Source of the DNA: Callorhinchus milii
Lineage: Eukaryota
Length of the DNA stretch: 64,000 nucleotides
Reading direction: 5' to 3'
NCBI RefSeq assembly: GCF_018977255.1
Contig: NW_024704742.1
Coordinates: forward strand, 32,366,001-32,430,000
The notes under the pieces were generated by a model, which was not told the DNA's origin, did not search any database, and saw only the letters and a list, made by a program, of their open reading frames with translations. Numbering within the stretch: position 1 is the stretch's first letter; each line of letters begins with the position of its first letter. Positions 48,999-64,000 of the stretch are shown here, one piece after another. The position numbers were made by a program, and so were the translations under genes.

Positions 48999-51900
48999 TA
49001 TGAAAGTAAAGTGTTTGGTGTGGGTGGGTGTGGTGTGTGGGTTGGTGTGTTTCTACGCCAGTGTGTGTTTGTGTTTCTGGTTGTAAACCTGTTTGAATCT
49101 TTTTCAATTCTATGATTATCCTCGAGTGGAGCTTATTAGCCACCATGGGTAAATATAACCATACCATGATCTAATGATGGAGCAAGTAATTCAGAGGATT
49201 TTTTATTTATTAAATGTAAAGAAAAACTCTAAATGTTTGAGATCCAAATTTAATGAAACTGGAAATGCACAACCACAGTAAAAATTTGCAGTTATATAGC
49301 GCCCCTCACACGGGTAGCGTCTCGGAGCACTACCCCGTGAGGCAACAACAACTTGCATTTACATAGCATCCCTCATGCAGGATAGCATCCCAGAGTGCAG
49401 CATCTGGAAGGTATAGCAGACTGATACTTAGGGTGTGATCCTGTCGGACATGAAATATTATTAACCATTCTCTTCCAGATTATTAATTTATGTTCACGTT
49501 GTTGTAAAATAACACTGTATTATACCGAGTGTGAATTGTGCGTTGTCTTCTGCTGTAAATGTGGCTTTTCATTTGTTGAGGCATGTTTCATACCAGTTAT
49601 TAAAGATCAATTAATAATTCATAGCATGCTAGAATGTTTACAGTACAAAGGAGTCTTGTTTGTCCCATTCAGCTTCTGCTGGTGCCAAATGCTTCATTGG
49701 CGCTTTATACCCTGATCAATTCCCTGCTCGTTCAGTTTTGTACACTTTTATATTGTTTCTCTTTAAGTATGTAACCTCTATGAAATATTATTGTCATAGT
49801 TTCTACACTAAATCTGCATGATAACAGCAACAACAAACTGCATTTACATAGCACCCTTCATGTCGGGAGGACATCCCAATGTGCTGGGCAGTTGAGGTTT
49901 TGGACCTGAGTTGAGGGTAGGAAGATGACTAAAGGTGAGGCAAGGAGGAAGGTTTTGAGCCAGACCTTGAAGGAGGTGAGGGAAGGGGTGAGACAAAGTT
50001 CCAAAGAGTGCTGTGTAGAAAGGCTGAAAGCCTGACCTTCGATGGTGGGGCGGGCAAGGCGGGGGGCTTTAAAGGGAGTGGAAGGCTTTAAAGGTGAAGG
50101 AGGAAACTGTACAGCAAGCTTCTGATATGTTTGATATTAATTAACACCTTATTTTTAAAAAATTTCAAAGGAAAGATTAGAGCATCAATTTTCACATTAC
50201 TAAACATTAACAGTTAATGTTTTGTAACCATAGAAGTATGGTTTTAAAAAGATATATACATCTATTTTACATATTAAACATTTTACATATATGTATATGT
50301 GTGTGTGTATATATATATAATCAAAATGGGAAGAACAGCAAAGAGAGCAGGAAAGTGGCCGACTCAATTGATCCTTTTTCTAGATATTCAGCATTTGGCA
50401 TCCTGAAAAAGCAAATGGACTTAATCTGATACATTAACTATTTCAGAATGTTTTCCTTTGGTTGGTCAGTGTGTAGCGAGGGAGTCATGAGATCAGGAAT
50501 ATCACTGGCGTGGTTCATGGGGAGATTAGATCATTTAATGCAGCACTGACCGAGGGTCAACCTGTGACATTCTGGTCCACATTGCTCCATGTCTCACTGG
50601 ATATTATAGCATGCATCAGCGCAAACACTCTCCCGATCACTATCCAGTGACACCCCCTCCCTCAGTCCCCCAAGTAACAAAGTTGTATGGATATTGCCAC
50701 GTTCACACCAGGCAATGCTGTGATGCCACCCACAGTTGAATGGCTTTCGGCTGCTCAATGACAACAACAAAATTACATTTGTATAGCCCCTTTCACGTCG
50801 GGGGGTGAGAGGTCAGGATTGAGGATGGTGGAGGGCAAGGGGGGGAAGGAGGTTGATCGAAGGCACTGTCAAAGAGGAGGGTCTTGAGATGGGTCCTGAA
50901 GGAGGCAAGGGAGGGGGTGAGGCGGAGGGACAAGTTGTGCATGTGAAATCTGAGGTACCAGAGGGTGGTGGCCACCTACAGAACTGTACCCCAGTGGAAG
51001 GAAAAAAGACTTCAGGTAATGAAAAAACTGACAAGAGAAAAACAAGAAAATTAATGAATTGATTCATAAATATATAATTACTACAGTCGCTGTCGCTATA
51101 ATAGCACAGCTGTGCTCAGAGAAGTGATATGGAATAAGGCTTCTGGTTGACTTGTTATTGTCTGTTACTTTCTCTACTGATATATGACCCTCTTCTGTAT
51201 TGTGTTTACGTTTTAAATTATAGCTCAGCTTTGTGAGCAATATCTTGATGCGCATTACATCTGGGGCAGAATTCTCCCTCCATTCTAATTTGATGGGAAG
51301 GAATTGCCCTCTTTCCCAGTGCTTTGACTTCACCTTATAGTAGAGCTGACTACTTTACAGCTTTTATCAATCTTTGGTTTTCGATTAAAAAGCTGCAACA
51401 ATTTTACCCTGCACTTCTGCAGTTCTCCCCAATAATTGGATAGATATGTGAAGTTTACAGCAGGAGAGAATTTAAAAACTCGCAATGATTGCACAAGATT
51501 CATGCGTTCTTTGAACACCTATGCCCTGAACACCAGTGCAGGGCAAAAAAAACACAGTAAAGTATTTCCTTCTTGAAGATGGGGTGAGAGGAATGGGTGG
51601 AGGGAGCAGGCTGAGGGGATTCTGGGGTATGAAGATACTGCCTCATGGAGTGATAGTATGTGGTTTTGTAACATTGTAACATGGTAAGAGGTTTAGGTAG
51701 TACATTATTCATCTACTTAGCCATCAACCTCTCATGATTCTTTCAACACACAGTCGATGGCGATGTAAAAGCAGGGAAATGTGTCAGCCTGGCTCGTTTG
51801 ATGGTGCTTCTAAGTCAATAGGTTGTAAGTTCAAACCCCGCACTCAGACTTTAACTCATAGGTCTAAGCGAACACTCTAATGCAGTGCTGGGGGTATGGT

Positions 51901-52446
51901 TCATTGTTGGAGGTGTTGTCCCTCACATGAGATAATAAACCAATGTCCAATCCCCCTGGTCAGGGGAATGTTAAAAATCCCACAGGTCTATTCAAAAAAA
52001 GAAGGGAGTTCTTCTGTTGTTCTGGCCAACAAATTCTCCAAATAACATTGGCCATGTGGCTGTTTGTTAAACATTACTGTGCACAATTGGGCTGATGAAA
52101 AATGCATAGTCATTCCATTTCACAGTAAATCCTGTGAAGTGTTTTGTGACATCCTCCTGACGTTAAAGGAGCTATAGCCAAAAGCAAGGATTTTTTTTTA
52201 AGTGCGGCACCACAAGATAAATTAAGGAGTTAATCCACATTTCCATTATGAACCTTCCCCAGTATGTAATTACAATGCACCAATCATAGCTGCCGAAGCT
52301 ATTTAAAGGCCCTCTTCCCTACCTTGTTAGAATATTAGTGAATCAATCGGGGGGTTTTCATGAGGGAAATGGAGAAAAAAGGTCAAAAGGAGGCAAAAAA
52401 AAAGTATCATAAAAAGTGACTGAAATGGATAAACCTGGAGACAACT

Positions 52447-52754
52447 AATAATAATAATCCTTGCGTTTGTTATAGCGCTTTTCACGTCGGGAGGACATCC
52501 CAAAGCGCTTCACAGAATATACTGTAAAGTGAATTGACTGTATATTTGTGGGCGAACGCGACAGCCAATTGCGCACAGCAGTGTCCCACAAACAGTCATG
52601 GATTGAAAATGACCAATTTATTATTCTTTTTGGTTTTGGAGGGATTATTATTAGTAAGGAAACTTGCCCAAGGTTTCGCCCTGACCTGCCTGGAATTGAA
52701 CTCAGGTCTCTCGTTTGCAAAGCGAGTGCTCTAACCACTGAGCTACAGGACTCC
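52447..52754 (-). mobile_element. Full-length young SINE
   Basis: Near-identical (reverse) to 4802-5112. Confidence 0.93.
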
Positions 52755-55700
52755 ACTAGCATTATAACCATCTGGTGAGGGGGACAATGAGCAGATGTAA
52801 AGTCCTTGGGTTTCACCATATGACAAGAAAGGGAAACATGTCCTTGAGAGAGCAAGAACAGTTGTGCTTCCAGCTCAGGAATTGATGACAGCTAGAGTCA
52901 TGTTTCTCACTCGTGTTTTATGTGTATTTACTCCTCTACAACCTCTTTCACCTTGTTTAAGGACACTGTAGGTTCTATTCCAGTAGGTTGCAGTTGGTAG
53001 AAAGCTATACTGTTGAAAATGTTTTAGTTGGTTTGAATTTTGCTAATCATTTAAATAGTGCATCATTGTATTGAGGCTGTTGCTATTTTACAGCTCCTTA
53101 CCCCTCCTCCTGAGGGCAGGACCACATCACTGTATATCATGCAACTCTTCTATCTTCTTGTTTTCCTGCAATTTGTATGGATTTTTAAAAAAAAACGCGC
53201 AGTGTTACTTGCTATAGATTGTTCTCTTTTCCACTCTTTGTAATCTAGGAGATGTGGAGACCTGCATTATGGATATTAGTCCTGTACCCAGGTTTCCCTA
53301 TTCCGGCATCATCAGCCTTGTGCTTCAATTGGGGGGGAGAGGGAAATAGGTAAGGAGGAATGATGATGCCTTGGCAGAACAAATGTTATTAATCTCTCAA
53401 CACAGTATGTGATGATTGACTCATGACTATGCTATTTTTTATTTGCTTTCACCTTATTTTTTTTTTACAGTTGCTGTTTTCACTATCCGTGTGAATGAAG
53501 CATTTTATTTGCTACCATTTTGCTCATGTCATCCTGTGACATATGTTTAGTGAATGCTGGCCTGCTTCATGTACCCTGCCGATCCACCCCACCATGGATG
53601 AGCGAGTTTTCAGCTATTCTGCGTGACTCTGGAACTTGATCCCCGAACCCCTTCGACTCGCTCCCTTCCTCTCTATCTTTGAAATCTGCTTCCTTTAAGA
53701 CTCTTTGACCACGCTTTCAATCGCCTTTCGCCACCCCTCATACACACACAGTATGAGTGTTCAGCCAGCAGTGTACAATGAGCAGGCAGCTGTGCAAAGC
53801 ACTTTGAGATGTTTTCCCAACATGGAAGGCACTATATATGATACAATGATCCGATACAATGAATGATCCAGTGCAAATAATGTTCATTATGGTGAACTGA
53901 AGAGAATGTCTATTTTTTGGGTCAGCTGGGCATCTGAAAAATGAGGAAATCCATCACTATTTCCACATATGTATGTCACCTATACATAGAAATTTACTTG
54001 TGTCTGGAATGACCTAAATCATAAGAACTATTACTATTACTTTTACTATTTTAGCATTTGAGGAGGATTATGCTGCCTGTTACGTTCGCCACATTTACCT
54101 AGATGTATTGTAGAGCTGCTTAAATCATCTCTGATAATGCCTTATTCTTCAGATGTTACAATTTATTATTGCTTTGAATGCAAGTTAGAAACACTGCATT
54201 GTTTTGTTTTGCTCTCGTCAACATATGAAGAGGAATGCTTTAAATTGCAAATCAATAAAGCCAAATGAGAGAATTCCGCACACTGCCTGCTATCAACTAC
54301 AACCTACAGATATGATATCTCTGGTTAGGTCATTTTCAACTTGTTACTCGATCTTGGCAACGTTAACTTCTCACTGAAGCTGCCCCGCAGTCATCATAGT
54401 ATAGTTTATATGGAAAGTCAACATAAGAGCTGCGTTGGATTTAATGTTCTGCATTTTCAACCTGCACCTAATACATTTGTCACTGCTCACAATACAAAAT
54501 TAGAGCCTGTCTCACTATTTGTGGTGAACGGTGAGGAAGACTGTGGCAATTCAAGGAAAACATCAATGTGGTATTGCAGAGACATTTTAAAAATGCAATA
54601 GGTTCATGGGTAATTTCAATATTGTGGCCAGGACACCGGGATCCTATTATAGATACTCCATAGAAGGGTAACTGGCAGCTTGTCAGACAACTAGGTATTG
54701 TGATATTTTTGTAACTATAGCACACGGCATTTCACTTCAGAACAATTGAAGTTTGGCAGCCAGGCCACGGAAATGAACAAAGATCGAATTGCAACCAGTT
54801 GTCACACTATGTATATGACCCTTGACAACTTCAGAATATCCTATAATAATCTGTTTCCAAATGACTGTATCTTGTACACGACACATTAATAACTACTTGC
54901 TCTTATATACCATAGTGCCCTTCCTGTAGATTGTGCGCCTTGAAGTACCTAACAATTATGATAGGGAGCAGGGTGAGAGAAGACAAGTTTAATGGTGTCC
55001 ACCATCATTAAAAGTTGTTTGGCAAGTCATGAGCTACAAAAAATTGTTTTGTGGACAATATGCCAGCCTTCAAAAAACAACACCTGTGAGAAAAAATATT
55101 TCAAACAGCTGCCCTGGCCTGAAATGCAAAGTGCCTTTACACAATTGGACCAATACTGATGCGAATGAATTAAAAATGATTTAGCTGAGCAACACTGAGA
55201 GCCTCAATATTAAACAAGACCTTGACGTCACGTATGTCCATGTAGAGTGGAAATTGGAGAACGAGTTCCCCGGTTGTTCTTGTGCAGATCTTTTAAGCGC
55301 TTTGGGATACTTTCCCGACGTGAAAGGTGCTTCATAAAAGTAAATTTGTGTTGTATTTAACAGCAGTTAAAAGGGACCATCTCTGGAAGTGAAAAGAGAG
55401 GGGAAAAACGCAGACAAAAACAAAAGCATAGAAAAGCTGCCTAGGTACATAAACAGTTGATGGGTATGATGTCTAAAAACAGTATAATGCTTGTGGCTAT
55501 GTTTGAATTTTTCATGACAAAAGTCATCTCTTTATAATAAAAGGATGCATTAAGTTTACCTGAGAGTCAGTGTGTGCAGCAGATCTTACTCAGGTTAAAT
55601 AGGTCCACTTTAAAGTTCTTAAGCAGATGGAGAAGGGAACCTGGTTTTACAGAGCAGCAAAAGTACGTATGTATTTACATATTAAATATACTGTTTCCAT

Positions 55701-57480
55701 AGCATGTAAAACTTAGTGTATGCTATATGCCTGGGTATAAGCATGTTTGCTTCATGTGATTTGCATCATTTTTAATGCAACAAAAAATTGTCAGTGTGAG
55801 AAATAATTAAATATAATGACTGACTTGAATGCTAAATGTAAAAAAGGTTTGTGTTTTTTTATTTTTAATACATTTTAAATTATAATTTGGTCATTCAATC
55901 CACAACTGATTGTGGACCACTGCTATGCACAATTAGCTGCCAAGTTTCACCCACAAAGTTAACAGACACTTTACGGTATATTCTATGAAGCGCTTTGAGA
56001 CTTCTCAATGACATGATAAGGTGGAATATCAAATACAATTATTATTATTATTTTGTGTTCTTCTGGCTTGACTGTTTTTAAAATCGTCTGTTTTTTTAAC
56101 CCCTTTCTTACTTTCATTTTCTTGACCAATTGAACTAATTTTCTTATTTTCCGCTGCTGCTTATTTTTGCATTGTGGATGTACTTGGGAATTGACTCTGC
56201 TAAAAGTGACGGGTATGACATTTTATTTCTGACTGCTCCAATCACTCCCAGAGATACGTTTTATTGTTTACCTGCAGGGAAAAAAAGCAGACCTAGAATA
56301 TCATGGATATCTTACTGGGTAGGAAGGAATTCAGCAACTATTCATATTTTGCCAACTAAAGTCTCATTCTGCTAGCTCCAGTATCTTTGCTGTGAGTATC
56401 TTCAGATTTTGATTTGAACTATCACCAGCTTGTTTTAAAATGGTGAAAATTACACCAGGAAGAACAAAACAGATTTATAGAGAAGTGATTTAGCAACAAA
56501 CGTGCACCTATATTTTAAGCAGGAAAAAAAATTAAAATTATTTGGATCCCACTGTTTTTCAGTCTATTATAGGAGATAAACAACTGGCGCAGAATTCATA
56601 AACAAGAGTCGATTTGACACAATGTAAAACCTACCTTATTATAACTCTTGCATTTTAATATGTGAACTGCAATCCCACCTGAAAATGGTTTAGGCACATT
56701 GGCTGTGCTTGTTAATAATATCTTTGACAAGATCTGTCTGTATTCTGTCTTGCATATATTCTTGGAAGTATGAAACTGTTAGTGTTGTCCCTTTTCAAAA
56801 AAAAACATAATCTCACACACCTTTGTACAATTTTCTCCAGCACTTGATGTCCTCTACTCTCCCAAATGATCTATTGCTGGTTCCTCACTCTATCTGCTCC
56901 ACCATCAGTAACTGAACCTTCACATCACCATACCCCTGTCCTCTGGAACTCTTTTTCAAAACCACTTTGATTTCCTATTTTCATCCCTGCCTCCCAAAAC
57001 ACATATCACAAGAGCAGTTTGGATGAAGAAGATCGTTCAAGCCATTTGGCCTCATCTTTCCAGAATAACAACAGTACCATCTTGCTATCGTAGCATAAAG
57101 CTGTTCTATAAACACTGTTCTTCCTGGTATCTGTTGCAATTGTTAATTACCCTTTGGATAAAAATACTTCCTGATTTCTGTTCTGATATTGCTCTTTGTA
57201 ACTCTAAACCTGTGACTCTTTGTTCCGCTGTCTCAGTGCATCTAAAAGAATTTTCCTGGGTTTATTTTCTAAACCAATTTAAAATCTTGAATACTTCTAT
57301 TTGGTCCCATTCGAGACATTTCCTTTCAAGACTCTTCAGTTTTTGTAAATTGCTATTTTGTTAATAGTGCTCTTTGCTACATTTGTCAAGCCTTTGGGAA
57401 TGTTCTGATACATAAAAGATACTATAATTATAATAACAAAAATAATAAAAGGTACTACTGTATTTAAAACAAGTTGTTGT

Positions 57481-57856
57481 AGAATCCTATAGCTTAGTGG
57501 TTAGAGCACTCACCTCGCAAGCGAGAGGACTTGGATTCAAGTCCCAGCATGTTTCCTTACTTCACAATCCTCTGTTTACCCAACAGTAAGTAGGAATAAG
57601 TTTGTTATTCGATTGGTAATTTGCTTTCCCAGGATAACAATCCCTTCACAAAATAATAAAAAATAAATAATAATAATAATTTCCTCACTCAATCCACGAA
57701 TGTTTGTGGGACACTGCTGTGTGCAACTAGCTGCCGCAATTCGCCCACAAAACATACAGTCAATTCACTTTACAGTAAACTCTGTGAAGCGCTTTGAGAC
57801 GTCTAGAAGACGTGATAAGGCTCTTTATCAAATGCAAGGATTATTACTATTATTAT
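57481..57856 (+). mobile_element. SINE, longer subfamily
   Basis: Head, extra segment, core and tail all present. Confidence 0.85.
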
Positions 57857-59934
57857 ATCACTGATGGCAGTTATGTAAAGTTTTTGTTCCCTATTGTAGG
57901 ATGGTATTTGATCATTAACAAAACAAAATTATTGAAAGATAAAGGAAGTGTAAATAGACCAAGTATAATATGTTTATGCTACATAATGGAAAACATGTAG
58001 CATATGTGATATTAATTATTTAACGTGCACTAAAATAAACCATACAATTGCTCTGTTTAATTGCAGAGCCCAACATATGCATGACGAAAACAAAGAGTGC
58101 TGTGAGCAATCTATGACTTTTGTGTTGTTTGGTGTATGCCAAATGTTTCTCATTCCTCCTCTTCTGAAAGTACAGACTCTTCATTTTCCTTTTGTTGGTG
58201 TTCAGTTCCATGCCTATCCTCACCCACCATCCGCACACCTCTCGTAGAGTCTCTGGGTATTCAGAATCTCTGACCTGACAAACTTTACCTAACCTTGCCA
58301 GGGCATCAAGGTCAATATTAGTGCCCAGTTCGGAAATGCTAAGTGGAGGAAAGAGCACAGTATAAATGTAAGTTGTTATTGACTTTGATCAAGTAACTTG
58401 GGAATCGAAGACTCGCACAGACTCGGGAATCAAACTTGAAAGCCTTATTGATCTGTCGGGCTCAACTGAGCCAACAGAGAAGTACTTGTTATAAAAATAT
58501 ACAGTATGTTTAAGCATTACAAAATTAAAATGCCTTGATTTTGATTACCTTGTTTTGGCACTGGATTAAGAGTACACAATTGTCCTACAATTGTCCTGCT
58601 CCTCTGACTCTGTTCCTATCAATTTGTGTCCGACTTCTGCTCAAATCTATTGCAGAATTTCATCTTTTTACTTCCCTCAGTCTATCATTTATTCTGCAAT
58701 CTTTCAAACACAAGCTCGGCATCACTTCGCCGCCACTTCTCAAGTCATCTTGTTTCCTTTTCAGCTTGCAGACTGACCATTCTTCTGAGAGTAAATCTTT
58801 GAGCCGGTCACAAAGTGGCACTTGAGTAGACCTATGCATCTGTATAATAGCACAAAAGGCATACTACAGTGGTACGGGATGAATAATTGATCCCTCTCTC
58901 TGTCACTTTTGATTCTTATGCAGAAGCTCTTGGCCTCCAAACAGCAGCTTCCTAAAGTATGACAGCTGAATTGCAGTGTACTAAGCTAAATCTGTGTCTT
59001 ACCACCATTGCCCACTGTAGACAACAACAACAACTTGCATTTATATTAGCACCCCTCATGCAGGGTAGCGTTCCAGAGTGCTTAGACCCCTCATACAACA
59101 GAATGCCATTTTGAAGTTCACACACTTGATGCAGTATGATAGCACTATTTTGCCTACAAAACATTGTCACTCCAATATATCATGTTTAATGCTTTGATAT
59201 TTCCTCTGCGCATGAAAAGCTATACCAAATACAAGGGATTCTTATTATTTAACAGGAAAGACAAACGGTAATTTTTTTTATCTTTTGTTTGCTGAAATCC
59301 ACTGAAAGAAACAAAACTTCCATTGCAACCTTCAGAGATTTGAGAATAAGTTATGGAAATCACAGATGGGCATCACCCTGTTTGTTCATTTTCTTCATCA
59401 GATGGGTATCTGATACATGCAGAAACCCATCACCATACTTAAGCATATCTGAAGACTGAGAGTTCCACATATGTAGGTCACCCACCTACACATGGAAATG
59501 TATGTGACTGGAGTGGAATGTGCACTCTCTTCATAGAGGGACACATCTAATTCTGGACAGTGTTACGCGTAGGTTAGCAGGAGCCAAGGTTTTGGGAACC
59601 TCGGTTGGTGGGTCTGTCCTCAGCAGTGCCTATGAAGTGTGGGCTTAGGAATCAATCTATTAAAGCTACCACAGAGGGCTGACTTGATTCCAACATTTTG
59701 TTTGGAAGTATTTCACCTTGGAGCCAGCTCAGGGGCCCGCTTACAATTTTGTTGACTTGAGATTTGCCATTTACGAATCCTACAATCCAATTTTAACATT
59801 GCTATTATTGTCATCAACCTGGTTTGTGAATACAGCAGAATGCAAGGATTATTATTATTATTAGATCTCAATAGCATTGGTTTACATTTAGCCGTGCTGC
59901 AGTATTTGTGGTGATCAGTGTTTATGGATTGATT

Positions 59935-60968
59935 GTCAGACCCAATTGTTGAATCTTATCGGTACCTAGGGGTTGTAGTGAACACCAACTTCAGCCTGGA
60001 CACTGTCCTGAAGAACTGCGCTCAGAAGGGGCAAAGGGCACAACTGTCATGCTCGTCTCTCTTCAAGAACCATAAGGTCCCAATGCAGGTCAGGCTTGTA
60101 GCAAATGAGACCTGTGTGTAAACAGTCCTCCTTTAACCAGGATTGAGCTGCTGGTGCTGAGTAAGCCTGGTACTTGGACTTGGACCTCAAGAACATCAAG
60201 GTGGCTAGCATGTCACAAGCTGTCCTGTAAATGTCCTCTGACCACACTGAAGGCAGATACCAGCCAGATACCTGATGAGGAAACTCTGAGGCTTAGAGCG
60301 ACAGTGCTGGAAAGCGTTGGAGTCCGAGTTCGTGAATCCACCTTGATTGGCCTGCAGCGAGGCAAGCAGATGCTACTTTAACTCTGCACCTCAATTTGTG
60401 AAATCATCACTCAATGGGAAGGCATGTGTACCAGAGCGGCAGACAGGAAGACGGTGGCAATGCTCTCACGCATTTCATGCTGAGATGCGTTGCTCACCAG
60501 GAAGCTCGCAAGGAGTTTTTGGTACCTGCCATCCACCAGTGAGGGCTCAAATGCACGCTTGTTGGATGTCAAACAACCAACTAGTGACTATCCTCCTTGA
60601 GGAGAGGTAAGCGGAGTCTCCTTGGAGCTGAATTGGCTCCAAGGTAACATGCCTGGCAACGGAATATCAGAATTGAGCCAGCCCTCTGTGGTGGTCTCGG
60701 TAGTCCGTTTCCTGAACCAGGTGGGTCCGCAGTATTCCAGGGCACTGCTGATGACATCACAGCCAATCTGGCTCATCGGCAGGACCTGGAAGGGTAGACC
60801 AGGGCTGGGGGCAGTTAGTCATCCTGCTCACCTCTTGTTAATCCTGCAAGCCAAAGCCCTAACTGGTAGGGTGGTCCGAGCTAGATAAATGCAGGAAAGC
60901 TTGTCAGACAGCAATATCAATAGCAAGCTATGTTGNTTAGCTGGTTAGACTCCAGCAGTTATCACAAT
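59935..60968 (+). mobile_element. Decayed non-LTR retrotransposon of a third, non-CR1/L2 family
   Basis: VESYRYLGVVVN RT-end motif and an HFMLRC remnant; 3' region shared with five other loci. Confidence 0.7.
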
Positions 60969-60971
60969 GCA

Positions 60972-61195
60972 CACAGTCGTGGATTGAGTGACCAAATTAT
61001 TATTATTTTTTGAAGGAATTATTACCACCTGAAAAGGGATCCACCAATCGACTAACAACCGGGTTCCTACTTAGTGCTAGGTAAACAGAGGCGTGAGGAG
61101 TAAGGAAACTTGCCCAACATTTCACCCTGCTGGGAATCAAACCCAGGTCTCTCACTTGCGAGGCGAGTGCTCTAACCATTGAGCTACAGGACTCC
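60972..61195 (-). mobile_element. SINE 5' half, longer subfamily
   Basis: Reverse head ending GAGCTACAGGACTCC. Confidence 0.8.
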
Positions 61196-61464
61196 ATAAA
61201 CTGGAAAACTCTTTTTACTATGATGAGTGTGAACCAATGGATGGAAAAGGGATTTCAAAATCAAATTTGACAATCTGGGGATTGTTATAATAATAATAAT
61301 CCTTGCATTTGATATAGCGCTTTTCACGTCTTCTTGACATCTCAAAGCACTTCACAGAATAGACTGTAAAGTGAATTGACCGTATATTTGTGGGCGAAAC
61401 GCAGTTGATGGAGGCAAAATAAAGACCAGAATGTTGTTTGAAGCAATTTTTGTTTCTTTGCTAA

Positions 61465-61713
<249 letters not shown>

Positions 61714-62111
61714 TGAGTATATCAAACTGCTGCATGTCAAGAGGAGAATCAATTTGAGATTATTGAGCGAAAAACAGCAAAATAGATGTTTTTAAGAGGG
61801 GTTTGAAGGCGGGGAGAAAGTAACAGAAATTTGGGAATATAGTTGCTGAGGATTCAGCTACTGATGGTGGGATGAGCAGTAGACCGACATGAGGAATAGA
61901 GCTGAAGGAGATTGCAAAGGAAGGAAGGGATAAAATCGTAAAGGGATTTTACGGGATGAGTATCTGTGCTGATGCAAAGGAAGACTCTACCTGCTTTAAA
62001 GATGATGCGTTTTCAAGTAACAGCTGTCATCAAATGTTCTGAACCATTCCTTCTGTGTTGGTAAATCATAATGTGCCATCCCCATCGTTTTATGCTTATT
62101 TTTATGTATAG

Positions 62112-62231
62112 GCGAGCGACTACCCAAACCAGACAAGGGTAAGATGCGCTTCCATAAAATTGCCAATGTCAACAAAGCACTGGACTACATTGCAAGCAAA
62201 GGAGTGAAGCTTGTGTCAATTGGTGCTGAAG
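62112..62231 (+). CDS. ACTN2: ACTN2 exon 3 (absent from ORF track)
   Basis: atag|GC..G|gtaaat; [40 protein letters not shown]; 120 nt. Confidence 0.97.
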
Positions 62232-63293
62232 GTAAATTGTTCTTTAAAAGTTGATTCCAAGTGTTGTAAAAGAAGCTCATTAAAAGGCCAGCTTAGAGGC
62301 TGGACCTTCAGAATGTGCTTGTGTGTGTGAGTGTCCACCTATCTGTCTGTGTGAGTGTGTTTGAGGGAGGATCTAGAAGTGTACCTTTTTTACACAACCT
62401 TTTTTGAAACTACTCAGAACAACTACTACGGCTTTCCTGAATTAGGCAGAAAATATAGCCCAAGATTTTCTTGCCTCTTTGCACATTTTCTAAAAGAAGG
62501 AACATCTGAATCCATTTGCCTATTGTTTAGATTCTCAACTTTCCTTTTTTTCCCCCCCCTCCCTTAGATGACTCTATAAAGTTTCACCCACAAAATATAC
62601 ATTTTATAGTACATTCTGTGAAGCACTTTGGGACGTCTCAAAGATGTGATAAAGCAATATATCAAATGCAAGGATTATTTATTTATATGTTCCACATACT
62701 GTCATTGATGTTCTGTGACATTCGTACTGAATGAATAACAATTGTGATTAAAATCATTGACAGGTTTTGTTGATTATCTGAAATGTTACCTTTAATCGAT
62801 AAGTAAGATCTGCACGTTGAGTAGTGTCCTCTAAAATAATTAACAGCGGACACACAAGTGGGGAGGTTAGGAGATTTTATTTTACACACATTTTGTGTAG
62901 CTGGGAAATGGAATGCCCTGCTGAGCGCAGTGGTTGAGACAAATCCATATTAGCTTTCAAAAGGGAACTAGATAAATACCCAAAAAGGAGTAAACTATAG
63001 GGGAGATAAGCGGGACTGAAAGCTAGCACAGACTCAATGAGCTAAATGGCTGTCTTTTGTGTCATACATTTGTATGGTTCTATGGGTCAAAAGCATCTGA
63101 AACTGACCTTTTGTTGGAATGCACCTCAAACATGAATTTGTTTTCTCTTTCAGATGCCAGCTTGGATGTCTTAACACGCTCTTGTCTATTTCAGATTACC
63201 AGCACTTACAGACTTTTTTTTTCTTCCAAGCCTATTTTTAACCATATTAAAATGTTTATGGAAATCGTGTTTCATAGGAACATTGTACTATAA

Positions 63294-63407
<114 letters not shown>

Positions 63408-63726
63408 TGAAGCAAACCTCTGTGTTCAAATAATTCAACAAAACCAATGGACAAAAGCCTTACGATTACTGCAGGAGGGGTGGGGGTGGGGGAGAGTGGA
63501 AGGAGGACAGGGAGATGCGACCTGGTGTCTAAAACAACAGCAGGTAAAAATTTGTATAGTCTGGTCTTCCAAGTTTTTGCACATTTTTTTAAAAAAAAAC
63601 CTTGGCTTGATGGCTGACACTGGCAGATCATGGAAAACTGGAAAACGATAAAAATATCTTATCAATCTTGGCCCCTTTTGATTAGAATCTTCTAAATTAT
63701 GGAATTCTTCTGGTTCATCAAACTGA

Positions 63727-63834
<108 letters not shown>

Positions 63835-64000
63835 TAAGTTGGGAAGATGTAGATATATATGTTAATCACGAAAAGTTGCAATTTGGAAGCTGATTTTCAC
63901 GAGTTCTTACAAAGAATTGACTTAGAAATTGAGACTACATTTAAAAATGTTCTGTAATTGTACTGATCTTAAAATTGTATAAGACACAATGGTCCCTACC

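Noticed and set aside
49290..49345. Hairpin CCTCAC..GGGTAG..CTACCC..GTGAGG
   Set aside because: Built from an L2-type tail fragment with a local inversion; imperfect and repeat-derived.

Overview
Vertebrate genomic DNA, not prokaryotic. The repeat landscape (DeuSINE-type tRNA SINEs, L2 and CR1 LINEs) suggests a cartilaginous fish, possibly a chimaera (inference). Three spliced genes were reconstructed from GT-AG boundaries and consistent exon phases: the last 10 coding exons of HEATR1/UTP10 (+, 13960-20563), an essentially complete galectin-8 gene LGALS8 (-, CDS 33719-22463) convergent with HEATR1, and coding exons 1-5 of ACTN2 (+, 39271-63833) divergent from LGALS8. Introns are full of SINEs, L2 and CR1 fragments, a third poly(A)-tailed non-LTR family, a Tigger-like MITE and an internally deleted Tc1/mariner element. 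Most notable: (1) the galectin-8 C-terminal domain reads H-x-K-x-N instead of the canonical sugar-binding H-x-N-x-R; (2) a candidate alternative last exon that would give a single-CRD galectin-8; (3) an uninterrupted 22-bp pre-miRNA-like hairpin in the last HEATR1 intron; (4) an invertebrate-type rosa/maT-like mariner; (5) a triplicated HEATR1 splice acceptor; (6) HEATR1-LGALS8 inverted relative to ACTN2 compared with human. No tools were run: family calls come from recognised motifs, and repeat boundaries are approximate.
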